Positions 46,318-56,585 of a DNA stretch of 64,000 nt are shown piece by piece. Numbering within the stretch: the stretch's first letter is position 1; every line of letters starts with the position of its first letter. Made by a program: the position numbers and the translations under genes. The notes beneath the pieces are model-generated. The model saw nothing but the letters and a program-made list of their open reading frames with translations, was not told the origin of the DNA and made no database searches. This DNA is from Spirochaetia bacterium (GTDB lineage Bacteria; Spirochaetota; Spirochaetia; WTKD01; G963693115), in contig CBDDCA010000002.1 of NCBI GenBank assembly GCA_965226055.1, positions 1 to 64,000 of the forward strand, given 5' to 3'.

Positions 46318-47091
46318 TTAAGTATGGGAAACACGTAGTATATCTTCTATAAATTGTTCTACTGGTATCAATCCCGATGGCTTTTTTGTATATACCCATT
46401 CTGCTGCTCTTACTGCTCCTAAAGCAAAGCCTGAGCGTGTACGTGCTCTATGGCTGAGTGTAAGTGTATCAAAACTACTGTCAGCACTTACTTCGTGGTA
46501 ACCAGGCTCTTTTCCTACTCTTTGTGAAACAATAGCAAGCTGTGATGGATCGATAGGAGTGCTATTAGGGAGGTCTATGGTAATGGCAGTTTTTCTGTCT
46601 AGTGTATCAAGTATTTTTTTTGCAGTAGAAAGTGCTGTCCCAGAAGGGCGGTCAATTTTTTGTGCATGATGTGTTTCTTGTATAGTTATGTCATACTCTT
46701 GAACATTGTTTAAGAATTGAGCGAGTATTCCAGAAGTTTTCATAAATATATGTGCGCCAATAGAAAAGTTTGAACCGTACAGATACGCAATGGAAGACTG
46801 TTGTACTATTGATTGAATGTGTGACATATCTTGTGACCATCCTGTAGTACCAATAATTGCAGGTATGGTATTCTGTGCATATATGTGAGCATTTTCTACA
46901 ATGGAGCTTGCTGTTGAAAATTCGATAGCTATGTCTATAGTTTCTTTTTCAAAATTAATGGTGTTTAGATGAGTGCAGGTGGCATCTGATGCATATGGAT
47001 CAACTGTATGGACTATGCTATGATTATGTTGTAGAGCTTGTTGTTCTATTTCTTTTCCCATACGACCATATCCTACAATAAGAATATTCAT
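46318..47091 (-). CDS. dapB: 4-hydroxy-tetrahydrodipicolinate reductase
   Basis: GYGRMG, IGTTG, NFSIG, ETHHAQKIDRPSGTA. Confidence 0.95.
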   Translation of the reverse strand: MNILIVGYGRMGKEIEQQALQHNHSIVHTVDPYASDATCTHLNTINFEKETIDIAIEFSTASSIVENAHIYAQNTIPAIIGTTGWSQDMSHIQSIVQQSSIAYLYGSNFSIGAHIFMKTSGILAQFLNNVQEYDITIQETHHAQKIDRPSGTALSTAKKILDTLDRKTAITIDLPNSTPIDPSQLAIVSQRVGKEPGYHEVSADSSFDTLTLSHRARTRSGFALGAVRAAEWVYTKKPSGLIPVEQFIEDILRVSHT

Positions 47092-47104
47092 ATGTTCTCC
47101 TTTT

Positions 47105-48115
47105 TTATGTTTTTCTTTCTTGTATAAGCGTCATTGCAGAGCTAATAACAATTTCGTCAGTAGTACAGCCTCGTGATAAATCGCTTACGGGAGCTGCAAG
47201 TCCTTGTATTATTGGTCCGTAGGCAGAAGCAGAGCCGAAGATTTGAGTGCTTTTGTAGCTTATATTTGCACTGGCAAGATTAGGAAAAATAAGAGTGTTG
47301 GCTTTTCCTGCTACCGATGAATGAGGAGCTTTGAGCTGTGCTACCTCAGGACGAAGTGCAGCATCCATCTGTAGTTCACCGTCAATGAGTAATGCTGGGT
47401 GATTTTTCTGCATCTCTGTGGCTGCTTTTTGTACGACATCTACTTCTGGATGTTTGGCAGATCCTTTTGTAGAAAAAGATAGAAACGCTATTTTTGCTTC
47501 TGCTTCAAGATATACTCTACATGTATCTATTGCAGCGAGAGCTATCTGTACTAATTCTTCTGAGTTAGGATGTGGGATAATTGCACAATCTGAGAATACA
47601 AGGCATCCTTGTTCTCCTAAATGAGTATTGGGATGTTCAATAATAAAGGCAGAGGATATAAGTTTTAATCCAGAAGCTACTCCAATTACCTGTAATGCTG
47701 CACGTAACACATCAGCAGTCGAAGTGATAGCTCCTGCAATCATTGCATGGTATTCTTCTTTTGCTACGAGTGCAGTTGCAAAGTAAAGAGGGTTTTTCAT
47801 GGTAGCATATGCAGTCTCTTCATCAACATTTTTATGCTTTCTTTTTTCATAAAAGAAATGAGCATAATCTTCTAGTCTTGTATCTGTTTCACTATCAATT
47901 ATTTCTGTCTTGTGTTCATTGAGATGAATTGAATAGCTATCTACTGTTTTTGAAATGGTGTCTTTATTTCCTATAAGGCAGATATGTGAAACTATGTTTT
48001 TTTCTTGTAACAGAGCAGCTGCTTTCAATACACGTTCATCACTACTTTCAGGGAGCACAAGACTCCTCTGCATTGACTGGGCTTTTTGTATTATTTTTTC
48101 GCTAAATTGTGTCAT
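47105..48115 (-). CDS. pta: Phosphate acetyltransferase
   Basis: LSFSTKGSA, IDGELQMDAA, GPIIQGLAAPVSDLSRGC. Confidence 0.96.
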   Translation of the reverse strand: MTQFSEKIIQKAQSMQRSLVLPESSDERVLKAAALLQEKNIVSHICLIGNKDTISKTVDSYSIHLNEHKTEIIDSETDTRLEDYAHFFYEKRKHKNVDEETAYATMKNPLYFATALVAKEEYHAMIAGAITSTADVLRAALQVIGVASGLKLISSAFIIEHPNTHLGEQGCLVFSDCAIIPHPNSEELVQIALAAIDTCRVYLEAEAKIAFLSFSTKGSAKHPEVDVVQKAATEMQKNHPALLIDGELQMDAALRPEVAQLKAPHSSVAGKANTLIFPNLASANISYKSTQIFGSASAYGPIIQGLAAPVSDLSRGCTTDEIVISSAMTLIQERKT

Positions 48116-48153
48116 ATATCACTTTATTATAGTATATTTTATATAATAATTAT

Positions 48154-49098
48154 ATGAGGGATACCCGTACTTTACATTGTTGTGTTGCTGGACTTGGGAG
48201 ATTTGGTATGTTCTGGTTTGAGCTATTGTATAAACAAAGAAAGGTGTTGCATGAGATGGGAAGTACTCTTATACACAGAGAGAATGTTACTACTGTAGAT
48301 GCAAGCGTATCCCATACTGCTTATGCACCAGTGAGCAATATTGAGTTTTTGTTATATGATCCTGCATTTTCAAAAGAGATGCACACTACAGTACAGAAGA
48401 TATGTGACACATATACAGCAACAGAAGAAGATGGGGCTACCCATACAGAATTGCATGCCTCTGTTACTACTGAGCTAAGTATTGCTACAAAAGATATGCT
48501 AGCTTTGGCTGATGTTATATTTTTATGTATGCCCATATCGGTATTAGAGACACAAGCAACAGAGCTTCTTTCTTATTGTCATGAAAATGTTATTGTATTT
48601 GATACATGTTCGGTAAAAGAAAAGCCTGTACAGTGGATAAATGCTGCACGCAAAGCAACACAATATTTTATGGCTACTCATCCTCTTTTTGGGCCAGATT
48701 CATTTGAAGATGAGCGTAGCAGAAAAATAGTGCTTAGTGCTGTCCATATGACTCCTCATCTTCTTGTAGCATGGGAAGTATACTTTACCGCTATAGGATT
48801 ACATTGTTTACAGTTAAGTCCTGCCGAACATGACAAACAGATTGCGTATACACAGGGGCTTACTCATCTTGTAGGTCGTATCTTAAAACATATTCCACAA
48901 CAGTCCTATACTGTTAGCACTAAGGGATTTTTGTCTTTACAAGAGATTATTTCACAGACCTGCAATGATTCTGCCGAACTGTTTCTTGATTTACAGGTAC
49001 ACAATCAGTATTCTGCAGAAGTATGGAATGCTTTTTCACATGCGTATGAGACAGTGCTTGATACACTGCATAAAAGTGAGAGGGGGAGTAAAGAGTAG
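48154..49098 (+). CDS. tyrA: Prephenate/arogenate dehydrogenase
   Basis: GLGRFG, DTCSVK, HPLFGP, EHDKQIAYTQGLTH; carries N-terminal insertions. Confidence 0.85.
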   Translation: MRDTRTLHCCVAGLGRFGMFWFELLYKQRKVLHEMGSTLIHRENVTTVDASVSHTAYAPVSNIEFLLYDPAFSKEMHTTVQKICDTYTATEEDGATHTELHASVTTELSIATKDMLALADVIFLCMPISVLETQATELLSYCHENVIVFDTCSVKEKPVQWINAARKATQYFMATHPLFGPDSFEDERSRKIVLSAVHMTPHLLVAWEVYFTAIGLHCLQLSPAEHDKQIAYTQGLTHLVGRILKHIPQQSYTVSTKGFLSLQEIISQTCNDSAELFLDLQVHNQYSAEVWNAFSHAYETVLDTLHKSERGSKE

Positions 49099-49120
49099 TG
49101 GAGCGGTGTTTTAGTTTCCT

Positions 49121-49160
49121 TTTTTTGCTTCTTTGTCGCGTTTAATCCTTGAACTCGCAA
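49121..49160 (+). repeat. Dispersed promoter-upstream element, copy D
   Basis: TTTTTTGCTTCTTTGTCGCGTTTAATCCTTGAACTCGCAA; followed by TTGCAT-N17-TATAAT (49178-49206). Confidence 0.85.
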
Positions 49161-49290
49161 GCATGATTTCCTTTTTGTTGCATTTATGTATAAAGTATTA
49201 TATAATTTATAACTGGGTAAAGGAGGATGGTTTAATCTAATATTGATTATCCATGCCAGCCCCATTATTAATTATTTAGGAGGGTAGGAT

Positions 49291-50592
49291 ATGTGGCTTT
49301 TTACTAAAAAAAAGAAAATGGAAGAGAATAGAATTATTTGTAAGCAATTTAATAATACAGAAGGAAACTCGCCTGTGACCCTTTTAAAAATTGAAGGAGA
49401 TCAAAAAGAAAAATTTTTGAATATTTTAAATGTAGATGCTTTAGAAAAAGAGGGATCATATAAAAAAGGCAGTAAAGTATCCTCTTTCGATATGTTACCA
49501 TTAATCTCAGCTGCAGGGTTTTCATTTGTACCAAATGACTTATATATAGCTACTGAGGATCCTTCAGATTTAATGCGTATTGGAGAAGGAGTTGGGAGTC
49601 CGATTGTAAATGCAGGAAAAATTGTTGGGCATGCTTCTTTTGTTAAATTTCCAACTTCTTCTATATATACCCATTTAATTGCGCTTCAGGTAATAACAAG
49701 TATAAGTATTCAGAATAATTTTAAGGTAGTAAATGAAAAATTAGATTCTATTAAAAATGATCTTATAAGAATGAAAACAGAAAACAATGCAGAGGTTATT
49801 GGTAGATTAGAAAGTGCTAAAAAAATAATTAATAGTATAGAGGAGCAGTATGCAGTAAATAATGATTTTACAAATGATATGAAACAAAGATTAAATCCTT
49901 TAGAGCATGATATAGGTTCTATATTTGAGAAATATGAATCTTTATATGATAAACAAAAATTGGATAAAGAGAGTAATAAAGACGATATAAACACAAAAAT
50001 ATTATATGCTAATATTTATCTTTTTGCTTCTTTTCTTGATATAAAGATCTCATTTTTACGAAAAATGTTTGATGCACAGGAAAACCTACGCAGAAAAAGA
50101 CACCGCAGACTCTTCGCTTTTTTACGAAAAATGTTTGATGCAAAGGAATACCCTGAGTATATAGATATTGCTGATATTAAACAAAAAATTAAGCATTGCG
50201 AAGATGCTTTGGAAAAAATTTGTAAAATACCTAATGAATTAGATTTTGTGAATGAAAATAAAATTGATCACTGCCCTAGTATTTTTGTAGAAATATTATC
50301 AATTCCTGTTTTTTTGTTTACCAAAGGAAAAACCCGCCTTATTAGTTCTTTATTAGCAGGATTTGTATCCTTTTCATTTAGGCAGGGAGAGAAAAGAGAA
50401 AAAAAGAGATTAAAAAGTAACAAAAGATATTTGCTTGAGCAAGGAAAAAAAGTATCCGAAAAATGCAAAATGATGAAAAAAGAAATTGAAGAAATAAAAA
50501 AAGCTTTGAACTCAACTATATACCATATTTATTTTCGAAAAAAAACTTACGTACTAACAAGTGATATTCAGTTTAAAGAGCCAAGCAAATAA
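49291..50592 (+). CDS. Hypothetical coiled-coil protein with hydrophobic segments
   Basis: 433-aa ORF with SD AGGAGG; AT-rich, Lys-rich; internal 66-nt-period duplication. Confidence 0.75.
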   Translation: MWLFTKKKKMEENRIICKQFNNTEGNSPVTLLKIEGDQKEKFLNILNVDALEKEGSYKKGSKVSSFDMLPLISAAGFSFVPNDLYIATEDPSDLMRIGEGVGSPIVNAGKIVGHASFVKFPTSSIYTHLIALQVITSISIQNNFKVVNEKLDSIKNDLIRMKTENNAEVIGRLESAKKIINSIEEQYAVNNDFTNDMKQRLNPLEHDIGSIFEKYESLYDKQKLDKESNKDDINTKILYANIYLFASFLDIKISFLRKMFDAQENLRRKRHRRLFAFLRKMFDAKEYPEYIDIADIKQKIKHCEDALEKICKIPNELDFVNENKIDHCPSIFVEILSIPVFLFTKGKTRLISSLLAGFVSFSFRQGEKREKKRLKSNKRYLLEQGKKVSEKCKMMKKEIEEIKKALNSTIYHIYFRKKTYVLTSDIQFKEPSK

Positions 50593-50681
50593 ATGTTTCA
50601 AATGAGTATCACAACAAAGCCCACAAACATACGCACTAAAAACAACTGTATTTGTGCTACTATAGTAAAAGTACTATTGTT

Positions 50682-52226
50682 ATGCGAAAAAATATACGGT
50701 GTTTCTTTTACTGCTTTCTCATTTTCTCGGTATTGTTGACTGTTTCTTGTTCAAACAATAGAAAGAAGAACAGCAATATAGTGAAGGATATCACTCCACG
50801 AAGTACAGACAATATACCGATTATTGAATCTAGCATTCATAGATCAAATGAAAATGTTCCTCAAGAGGCTTCTGAGGCGATAGTTTCTTCCGAGACAGTA
50901 TTCTCTAGTTTGGTGCCTAGAGATTACTCAATTATTGGCGTTAAGTGGGCAAACTTAGATGTAGATGATATTGAAGAGGCGGTAGTGGTTGTTACAAAAA
51001 AAGGACAGGACTCTGTAAATGTGTTGATAGCTAAGTTCAATACAAACACTGAAAGATATTTTTTTCTGTGGCAAGAAACTACTACCATTATTAGAAACAG
51101 CTTTATTTCATTACATATCTATGATATCAATGATGATGGAAGAAAAGAAATTATTATAGAAGGAAGTAACGAAAACTTACAACAACAGCTAACTGTATTT
51201 TATTTAGATACCCCTAGCTATAATCTTAGAAACTATCAAAATATATTTACTATATCAGGAGTAGGAGGAGGAGATATTGAGTTGCAATTACCTCAAGATT
51301 CATTTTCTGCTGTAGGTATTATCGTGTACCAGATTGATGAAACAAAAGAGGTAATTGAAAAGAAGTCGTATGTATGGAACGATGCTATTTCTAACTTTGC
51401 TCTTTTACGCAATGAGGTATTTTCTTTTGAAGATCAAGCAAAGGAGCGTGTAAACACATTGAATACACGAGATACTCAAGTATGGCTTACTTTTCTGAAC
51501 GGGTTATGGGTGTACGAAAAAGATACTCAACATAGCAATAGTGTTGAAAATGAGCAAATGCATATGCTCTATTTTTCTAATAACGCTCCTGAGCTAAGTG
51601 TGATAAAGAATGATTCTATGAGATTTTATCAATGGGGCAACAGAGCATCAAGGATGTTTCGTGCTAATATTGGTATACAAGTGCAAGTTTCTAATGTAGT
51701 GTTGCCAGATATTTTTGCTTCTTTATCAATAGAAGTATTATCAGAAAAGCAAATAAGCATAGCACTTGAAAAAGATGAATATAGTGAAGCTATTAGAGGT
51801 GTTTTTACACAAGTAAATGTAAATGATATTATTGAGGAAAAGTACGCTCTATTTTCTCTCTTTGAACAGTATGGTATAGCAAGGAAACTGAAGCAAATTC
51901 AAGAATGGGTTATTGGAAATAAGGAAGATAGTAATACAGATAATGCCTATGTATTCTCCCAAGATTCTGTTTCCATTTTTGTTGTCAATAACAATAACTC
52001 ATATACCTATAGAATTTTCAATATAGCAAATGAGTTTTTTATGGAGCTAAAGCATGATGAGCTTCATAGGTTTTATAAATTTACCAATGTTCATGAAATA
52101 GATTTTAATGATGAAGAATCGTCCTTTGCTTTGTTACTACAGCCTTATGTTATTACAAGCAGTAAAGCCTACCCGCTTGATAACGCTAATGATATTCTTC
52201 TTAAGAAAAGTGAAGTCGATAGTTAA
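50682..52226 (+). CDS. Surface lipoprotein, possibly pallilysin-related adhesin family
   Basis: Lipobox LTVSC; FG-GAP-like 'NLDVDDIEE' and 'DINDDGRKEIII' motifs. Confidence 0.6.
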   Translation: MRKNIRCFFYCFLIFSVLLTVSCSNNRKKNSNIVKDITPRSTDNIPIIESSIHRSNENVPQEASEAIVSSETVFSSLVPRDYSIIGVKWANLDVDDIEEAVVVVTKKGQDSVNVLIAKFNTNTERYFFLWQETTTIIRNSFISLHIYDINDDGRKEIIIEGSNENLQQQLTVFYLDTPSYNLRNYQNIFTISGVGGGDIELQLPQDSFSAVGIIVYQIDETKEVIEKKSYVWNDAISNFALLRNEVFSFEDQAKERVNTLNTRDTQVWLTFLNGLWVYEKDTQHSNSVENEQMHMLYFSNNAPELSVIKNDSMRFYQWGNRASRMFRANIGIQVQVSNVVLPDIFASLSIEVLSEKQISIALEKDEYSEAIRGVFTQVNVNDIIEEKYALFSLFEQYGIARKLKQIQEWVIGNKEDSNTDNAYVFSQDSVSIFVVNNNNSYTYRIFNIANEFFMELKHDELHRFYKFTNVHEIDFNDEESSFALLLQPYVITSSKAYPLDNANDILLKKSEVDS

Positions 52227-53260
52227 TTATCCTTGTATTTAAGAAACCCTTCAATTCCAATATTTCGTAATTCTTTTATTTGACTCTGTACATCTTTACT
52301 CTGTGAAAGAGGTATGATTATTTGATAAAAGATAGTATTTTGTACTGTTGATATACTCATAATAGGGTATGCTCCATCAAACATAGCGTCACGAAGAAGT
52401 GCTATAAGTTTATTATAATAATTGTTTGCTTTTTCTTTATTTTGGAATGATGATACTTGATACCCAAGTTCGGGTGCTGACGATAAAGGTATATCTTCTG
52501 TTATTTCATTGCTTGATAAGGACAATGGATTGTTTATTTCTAAATCTAAAAAAGAAAAAAAATGTGATGGGATTGGTAGTGTAGTGATTGTGTTTTGTAG
52601 TAATTGATATTCTATGGATGTTTTATATTTGTCTTGTAGTATCGTAAGGGCATATTCTTTACTGCTATGATTGTTTATTTTTAGTGCTAGTTTATACATA
52701 AAATAGTATATTGACGCTGGCAATAAAATAGCTTCATTTTTTTCTATGGTAGTGTGTATGTACTCTAATGCAGTACTATATTTTTTTTCATAAATATAGA
52801 TTGCTATATTTAAGGTAATGAGTGGTATAATAATATTGGAGATATTGTATCTCTCTTGTAATATTGAAATATTACGTTTTGCTAGATTGATATTTCCTGT
52901 TTGATATTCTTGTATACTTGCCATCAGTAAGTGTTCAGGTAAGCGAGTAATTTCAAAAGCAGAGTAGTACAAAAGTGCTGCGGTTTGAAAATCATAGCGT
53001 AATGTTGCTATTTTAGCAAAATGGATATATATTGAATAATGGATGAGGGATGGGGGATATTGCTCTAGTACAGTGTAGAAAAAATTATATGTCTCTTGTA
53101 TACTTTCCATAGAAGGATAGTGAGTGCTTACAAAGGATAATAGTTCTTGTTTACTAGGGGTGGGGTTATTTTCTATCCATTCACTTGTAATATCTGCACT
53201 AAATAATAGTGTAGTATGAAACAGTAACAGAATAATGATACATAGAATTGATTTATACAC
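52223..53260 (-). CDS. Secreted TPR-like protein with C-terminal SPOR-like domain
   Basis: Signal peptide, helical repeats, C-terminal 'YQVSSFQNKEKA...LRNIGIEGF'. Confidence 0.65.
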   Translation of the reverse strand: MYKSILCIIILLLFHTTLLFSADITSEWIENNPTPSKQELLSFVSTHYPSMESIQETYNFFYTVLEQYPPSLIHYSIYIHFAKIATLRYDFQTAALLYYSAFEITRLPEHLLMASIQEYQTGNINLAKRNISILQERYNISNIIIPLITLNIAIYIYEKKYSTALEYIHTTIEKNEAILLPASIYYFMYKLALKINNHSSKEYALTILQDKYKTSIEYQLLQNTITTLPIPSHFFSFLDLEINNPLSLSSNEITEDIPLSSAPELGYQVSSFQNKEKANNYYNKLIALLRDAMFDGAYPIMSISTVQNTIFYQIIIPLSQSKDVQSQIKELRNIGIEGFLKYKDN

Positions 53261-53273
53261 TATATAAAAAATG

Positions 53274-53597
53274 TTAGTTGATCTTATTGTCAGTAGGGAT
53301 AGTATTTTTTGTTTTTTTATTTGTTTTTTTTAGATTTTTTTCTTCTTGTACGAGTCGTTTTGTTTCTTTTTGTATGCTCTTGTTCAGAATATTACTGGCA
53401 TATTTTCTTGAGTATGAGAAAATAAAAGGTACTGCTATAATTGTTCCTATAATAATACCAATGTATAAAAGCAATACTCCAGGTACATTATGAAGAGTAT
53501 AGAATAAGAAAGAAATTGTTGTTGTATACTTAAAGTTGATAATAGCAAATAAAAGTGCTAATGTAATAATAATTATGATAGAAATAAATATAATCAT
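53274..53597 (-). CDS. LapA/DUF1049-like small membrane protein
   Basis: TM-FAIIN-x-ISFLF-x-P-TM followed by basic tail; SD GGAG. Confidence 0.6.
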   Translation of the reverse strand: MIIFISIIIIITLALLFAIINFKYTTTISFLFYTLHNVPGVLLLYIGIIIGTIIAVPFIFSYSRKYASNILNKSIQKETKRLVQEEKNLKKTNKKTKNTIPTDNKIN

Positions 53598-53620
53598 GCT
53601 AACTCCATTATAGTATAAAA

Positions 53621-55666
53621 TTATTCTAAAATATAGTTTTTAATAAACAGACGTAATGTATCCCAATCGTTATTTTTTGGGAGCAAAATATACGCTCCAT
53701 AATTATTAGAAGAAATGGTTTGTGAAGAAGGAATAGGTATTTCTTTGTTAGCATTTTCGCTATTTTGAGAAGCAAGAAGTTTTGTATATGTTTGGTATAA
53801 GATATTAGAAGTACTGAGTGTGAGTTTTTTATGTAATGGAAGATCTTTATTTTTTGTGATAATGCTAGCAATTTCGAATATGCTAAGATTTGTGCTTATA
53901 TATGGTTTTATGTCGCCTACTATTTGCATAAGTGAAATCATAGAGGAAAATATATCCATACTACTTATTTTATTTCGTATTCCTTCTAGTAGTAGTTGTT
54001 GCCGCCTAGATCTGCTAAAATCATTGGTTGTGTTTCTTGAACGTGCAATACGTAATGCTTCAATGCCATTGAGCTGGTATTCTCCTTGTGTATAATGTAC
54101 ATAGGACCATTTTCCGTTTTCTTTAATTCTATAACTTGGATCTATTAAATCTTCTTCTAAATATATATTTATTCCCCCTATTTTGTCAATGACAGAAATG
54201 AATGCATACATATCAATGCTTACATAATGATCTATTTTTAATCCAGTAACTTTTTCTATAATTTTTAGGAAATTTGATTTGGTATAAAATTTATAATACC
54301 AATTTAGCTTGTTGCCCATAAAATAAATATCCCTAGGGATACTGAGAAGTTTAATACCTTTTTTTGGATGAATATGTGCTAGCATTAAAGTATCAGAAAG
54401 ATTATTATGAGTGCCAATGATAAGAATATTTTTTGTTTCCTCTGGGAGAGTACTATTTTGTATTGCTGTTTCTTGTTCTATGGAAAAAGAGATATTTCGT
54501 ATTGGAACATCGTCTTTATCCATCATCCATAGTTGTCCATTACTGCGTTGTAGGGCAATAGCCCCAATTTTACTTTGTGGATATGGATGTTTTATGTCTG
54601 TATTCACATCAAAATAATAATAGTCATTATCCGTGCGCCAATCTTGTAATATATATATATGTTGTTTTTTCAAAGAATTTTGTATTTTTTCTGTAGATAC
54701 TATAGTTTTAAGTATAGTGAGATAATTGTAGTTGGCAGTTTCTTGTTTGGTAGTATACGAGCTATCAAGTATAACAGAAGTAACGTATGCGGTTCTTTGT
54801 TCTGGGGTATTTGATTTAGAATAGGGTATGCCATTTACTATCAATGTATAATGGAGTGTATTGAGCACAATTTCAACAATAGGCTCATTGATGCTATTGT
54901 ATAATATTGTTGTATGAGTATACTGTGAAGGAGTAGTGTGTTGTACTGACAGGTTAAAGTTGTTTATACGTTGTTGTAGTGTATGCTCTGTAAGAGCTGT
55001 CTTAAACTGTTGTAGAAACTGATCGGATAATTGCAAATGTAGTTCAATAGTTTCTCTGATGTTTTTAATACTGATTTTTAGCTCATCAAAATGTAATGGC
55101 ACATATTTTATGTCTGTAAATGCACTTTGTATATTAAATGCAGTGATTGTATTGGTATTGGCATGAAACAAGGGAGTATAGAGAGCAACAATGCTATCGT
55201 TAAAAAGGTACACTATTTTATTATTTTTTTGATAAAATGATAAGCCTATCTCTTTGTTTATTGTCTTAAATGAAGGTGTTTCTAAAAAATCTGCTAGTAC
55301 TACTTCGTGTAATTCTGTTTGATATGATTTGTACATTTCATCTACCAATAGCTCAATGGTATCAGTTTCTAGTACTGCTTCGTTGTTTTTGTTTGATTGG
55401 AGTTGTAATTCAAAAAATTCTGATTCTAGCCCTAAAGCGTTAGAAACAGCAGAGGAAGAGTCTATAATTTGATGTAATGTATTAAAAATGAGTTCAAGTT
55501 CTTTTTCTGTTGTATTTATTTTCTTTATCAGGGTGTTTATGGTAAAAATACTAATAACAATGAGAACTATACAAACAAAGAAAAGAAATGTGTACCAAAG
55601 CCCTTTGTGTTTATGGGATTTTTGTGGTAAAATTTCATTTTGATATGAATGATTAAAGTGTACCAT
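53621..55666 (-). CDS. LCP (LytR-CpsA-Psr) family protein with long N-terminal extension
   Basis: NILIIG, SDTLML, LSIPRD, IDKIGGI, ARSR...DFSRSRRQQ. Confidence 0.9.
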   Translation of the reverse strand: MVHFNHSYQNEILPQKSHKHKGLWYTFLFFVCIVLIVISIFTINTLIKKINTTEKELELIFNTLHQIIDSSSAVSNALGLESEFFELQLQSNKNNEAVLETDTIELLVDEMYKSYQTELHEVVLADFLETPSFKTINKEIGLSFYQKNNKIVYLFNDSIVALYTPLFHANTNTITAFNIQSAFTDIKYVPLHFDELKISIKNIRETIELHLQLSDQFLQQFKTALTEHTLQQRINNFNLSVQHTTPSQYTHTTILYNSINEPIVEIVLNTLHYTLIVNGIPYSKSNTPEQRTAYVTSVILDSSYTTKQETANYNYLTILKTIVSTEKIQNSLKKQHIYILQDWRTDNDYYYFDVNTDIKHPYPQSKIGAIALQRSNGQLWMMDKDDVPIRNISFSIEQETAIQNSTLPEETKNILIIGTHNNLSDTLMLAHIHPKKGIKLLSIPRDIYFMGNKLNWYYKFYTKSNFLKIIEKVTGLKIDHYVSIDMYAFISVIDKIGGINIYLEEDLIDPSYRIKENGKWSYVHYTQGEYQLNGIEALRIARSRNTTNDFSRSRRQQLLLEGIRNKISSMDIFSSMISLMQIVGDIKPYISTNLSIFEIASIITKNKDLPLHKKLTLSTSNILYQTYTKLLASQNSENANKEIPIPSSQTISSNNYGAYILLPKNNDWDTLRLFIKNYILE

Positions 55667-56585
55667 ATGCTGTATTTTGTTCTGCTAATTGCACTGTATT
55701 TTTCATAAGTGAAGCTATTGTTACTGCTCCTACTCCTCCTGGCACAGGGGTTATGTATGAGCACTTATGTTGTAGAGTGTCAAAATCGGCATCACCGACT
55801 AGTATATACTCTTTTGCTGTGTTATGCAGTGTTTGTCCTTCTTTATCTAGGTGTATTCTGTTGATGCCAACATCAATTACTACTGCACCTTTTGCTACCA
55901 TATGTTCCTTTAAGAAGAAAGGTATGCCTATGGCTACAATGACAATGTGAGCCATTGAGCATATTGAGGTAATATCTTTTTCACTTGTCTTAGAGTGACA
56001 TAGACTTACTGTAGCGTTTCCATATGCTTGTTTTAATGAAAGAAGAATTGAAAGTGGCCGTCCTACAATGGAGCTTCTTCCAATGATAGCAATATGTTTT
56101 CCTTCAGTGCTAATATTATAGTACTTAAAAAATTCAATAACAGCATTTGCTGTACAAGGGATGGGTACATCAGTAGCATTTTTTTGTAATTTACCAATGT
56201 TTATCTCATGAAACCCATCTACATCTTTTGTGGGAAGTATGGCTGATAAAATGGCATCACTATCAATATGAGCAGGAAGTGGTAGCTGTACAAGTATGCT
56301 ATGTACCTTTGGGTCTGTATTAAGTGTATGAATGAGATCTACTATTTCGTAAGTTTGTGTGTTTTCAGGAAGTAAAATTACGTCTCCATCAATGCCTAAT
56401 TCTTTACATTTTTTTGCTTTCATGTGTACATATACTTTGCTGGCAGGATTGTCTCCTACTAATATTACTCGTAAACAGGGAGTAATACCTTTGTTTTTTA
56501 AGTGAGTAAGTCTTGGAAGAAGGGTTTTGTATATATTTTCAGCTACATCTTTGCCTTTTAGGATAGTATCATGATTATGTACCAT
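55653..56585 (-). CDS. folD: Methylenetetrahydrofolate dehydrogenase/cyclohydrolase
   Basis: YVHMK, LVQLPLP, KDVDGFH, GRSSIVGRP, TPVPGGVG. Confidence 0.97.
   Translation of the reverse strand: MVHNHDTILKGKDVAENIYKTLLPRLTHLKNKGITPCLRVILVGDNPASKVYVHMKAKKCKELGIDGDVILLPENTQTYEIVDLIHTLNTDPKVHSILVQLPLPAHIDSDAILSAILPTKDVDGFHEINIGKLQKNATDVPIPCTANAVIEFFKYYNISTEGKHIAIIGRSSIVGRPLSILLSLKQAYGNATVSLCHSKTSEKDITSICSMAHIVIVAIGIPFFLKEHMVAKGAVVIDVGINRIHLDKEGQTLHNTAKEYILVGDADFDTLQHKCSYITPVPGGVGAVTIASLMKNTVQLAEQNTAYGTL

Noticed and set aside
30216-49160. Dispersed element as CRISPR repeats or integron attC sites
   Set aside because: Copies are kilobases apart with no spacer array or cas genes; no RYYYAAC...GTTRRRY arrangement and no integrase; copy B precedes the core gene ffh
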